From Octopus bimaculoides (Eukaryota), in contig NC_068983.1 of the NCBI RefSeq assembly GCF_001194135.2, forward strand, positions 87,775,405 to 87,811,706: a stretch of 36,302 nt of DNA, in the 5' to 3' direction. Each line of letters opens with the position of its first letter. Position 1 is the stretch's first letter. The notes beneath the pieces were generated by a model. It ran no database searches. It had not been told where the DNA came from and saw only the letters and a list, made by a program, of their open reading frames with translations. This document shows positions 35,241-36,302 of the stretch, piece after piece. A program made the translations under genes and the position numbers.

Positions 35241-36205
35241 TTTTGGCATGTTGCTAGAGTACGGAGGACCGTTTTTTGTCGTCATATTGTATCAAATGGA
35301 CATTTAGTCTCTCCGCAATGCTTCTAGATGTCTCATCAATGCATGTCACCTCGTCGTTACAAGCACCCTCTGTGCACCTTATACTGTAGACTACATTTCT
35401 AATTCTACAGTTAATGCCATGCAGTTCTCATTGGTTTATGTAGTATTCTCAAAGAGGTACGCCCTACATAATTGTGAGCTGATAGAGCTCCATGGTTTTT
35501 CAACGATCTTAATTTGAGTTTGTTCTCCTTCAGAGCTTTCCTAAATCTTGGGGCTAGTTCTCCATGGGCTGTGGCCTCTACAAACATCATTCCTTGGTAT
35601 TTGTCGGCCTTGTACCACGTGTTCACCCTGTTTGCTTTGTCACCAATTCCCTCTATCCTATTCTAGTCTTTACTTCTATATCTAGGACAGGTACATCTGG
35701 TTTCATTACATATAATGTTATCTAACTTCTTTCTAGCTCTCCTGTATACCCGAACCCTATATTTCAGGTTATATCCAGAGAAATGCAATGTGGTGCATGA
35801 AGTTCTCTATGTGTTTCTTTGTTTCATAGGGTTTGCATAGCGGAGACACGTTGTTCATTATCCTAAGTCTGCTATCCGTATGTTGATTTTCATGTTGAGC
35901 GACAAAGCTAAGTTCTTGTGAACAACATATTTAGAAGCTATGGGTTTCATGTAATAGGAGTAGAAGAGCTGCGTTCTGTTGTTTACAGTTTCTAACCAGA
36001 GTTCAGTATCAAGGGCAGGAAGTCTATTGCTAGGGTGCCTAGTGGGGTAATATGTAGTTACTCTGATACTTTGGTGGATGGCATTAGCTATGTGCTGGAT
36101 GCTCTCCATTATGCTCCTCTTGGTTTCTACATTACAGTTACTAGAGTTTGTCCTAACTAGAACATTAATGTCATCTACATAACTACTGTAAAAATACACA
36201 ACTGT
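35232..36205 (-). mobile_element. Penelope-like retroelement fragment: RT C-terminus, thumb, linker and GIY-YIG (pseudogenised)
   Basis: YFYSSYVDDINVLV, YPTRHPSNRLPALDTELWLE, YYMKPIASKYVVHKNLAL, MMFVEATAHGELAPRFRKAL, and NCRIRNVVYSIRCTEGAC...CIDETSRSIAERLNVH. It has stops and frameshifts. Confidence 0.9.
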
Positions 36206-36302
36206 TTTACTTTACTGTAGGTATGTAGATGATATTCATATTCTAGTTCGTCGGACAGTAGTAAGAAATATATATGCGCGCGAGCGTGTGCATGCGTTTA
36301 TA

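Overview
This is eukaryotic, AT-rich, microsatellite-saturated non-coding DNA with about 4.6 kb of N gaps in 13 runs, mostly collapsed at simple repeats. The SINE families and the compound (TA/TG/TATG/AAT)n tracts look like an octopus (cephalopod) genome; that assignment is recognition-based, not searched. No intact protein-coding ORF is supported: almost every ORF in the track is a translation of microsatellites or N gaps. The window holds decayed mobile elements: a near full-length TIR-bounded mariner, a second mariner fragment, an internally deleted DD37D/maT element, an RTE LINE fragment, three Penelope-like (PLE) pieces, hAT- and piggyBac-type MITEs, and many tRNA-derived SINEs of at least three families. 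The most notable observations are a PLE folded back on itself at its RT YVDD motif and fused tail-to-tail with a second PLE lineage, two decayed hammerhead-ribozyme-like cores, several long foldback hairpins, a strong minus-strand exon candidate with all three frames closed, and an IRF/Blimp-type motif cluster. I see no convincing new multi-gene system; these items are leads, not discoveries.
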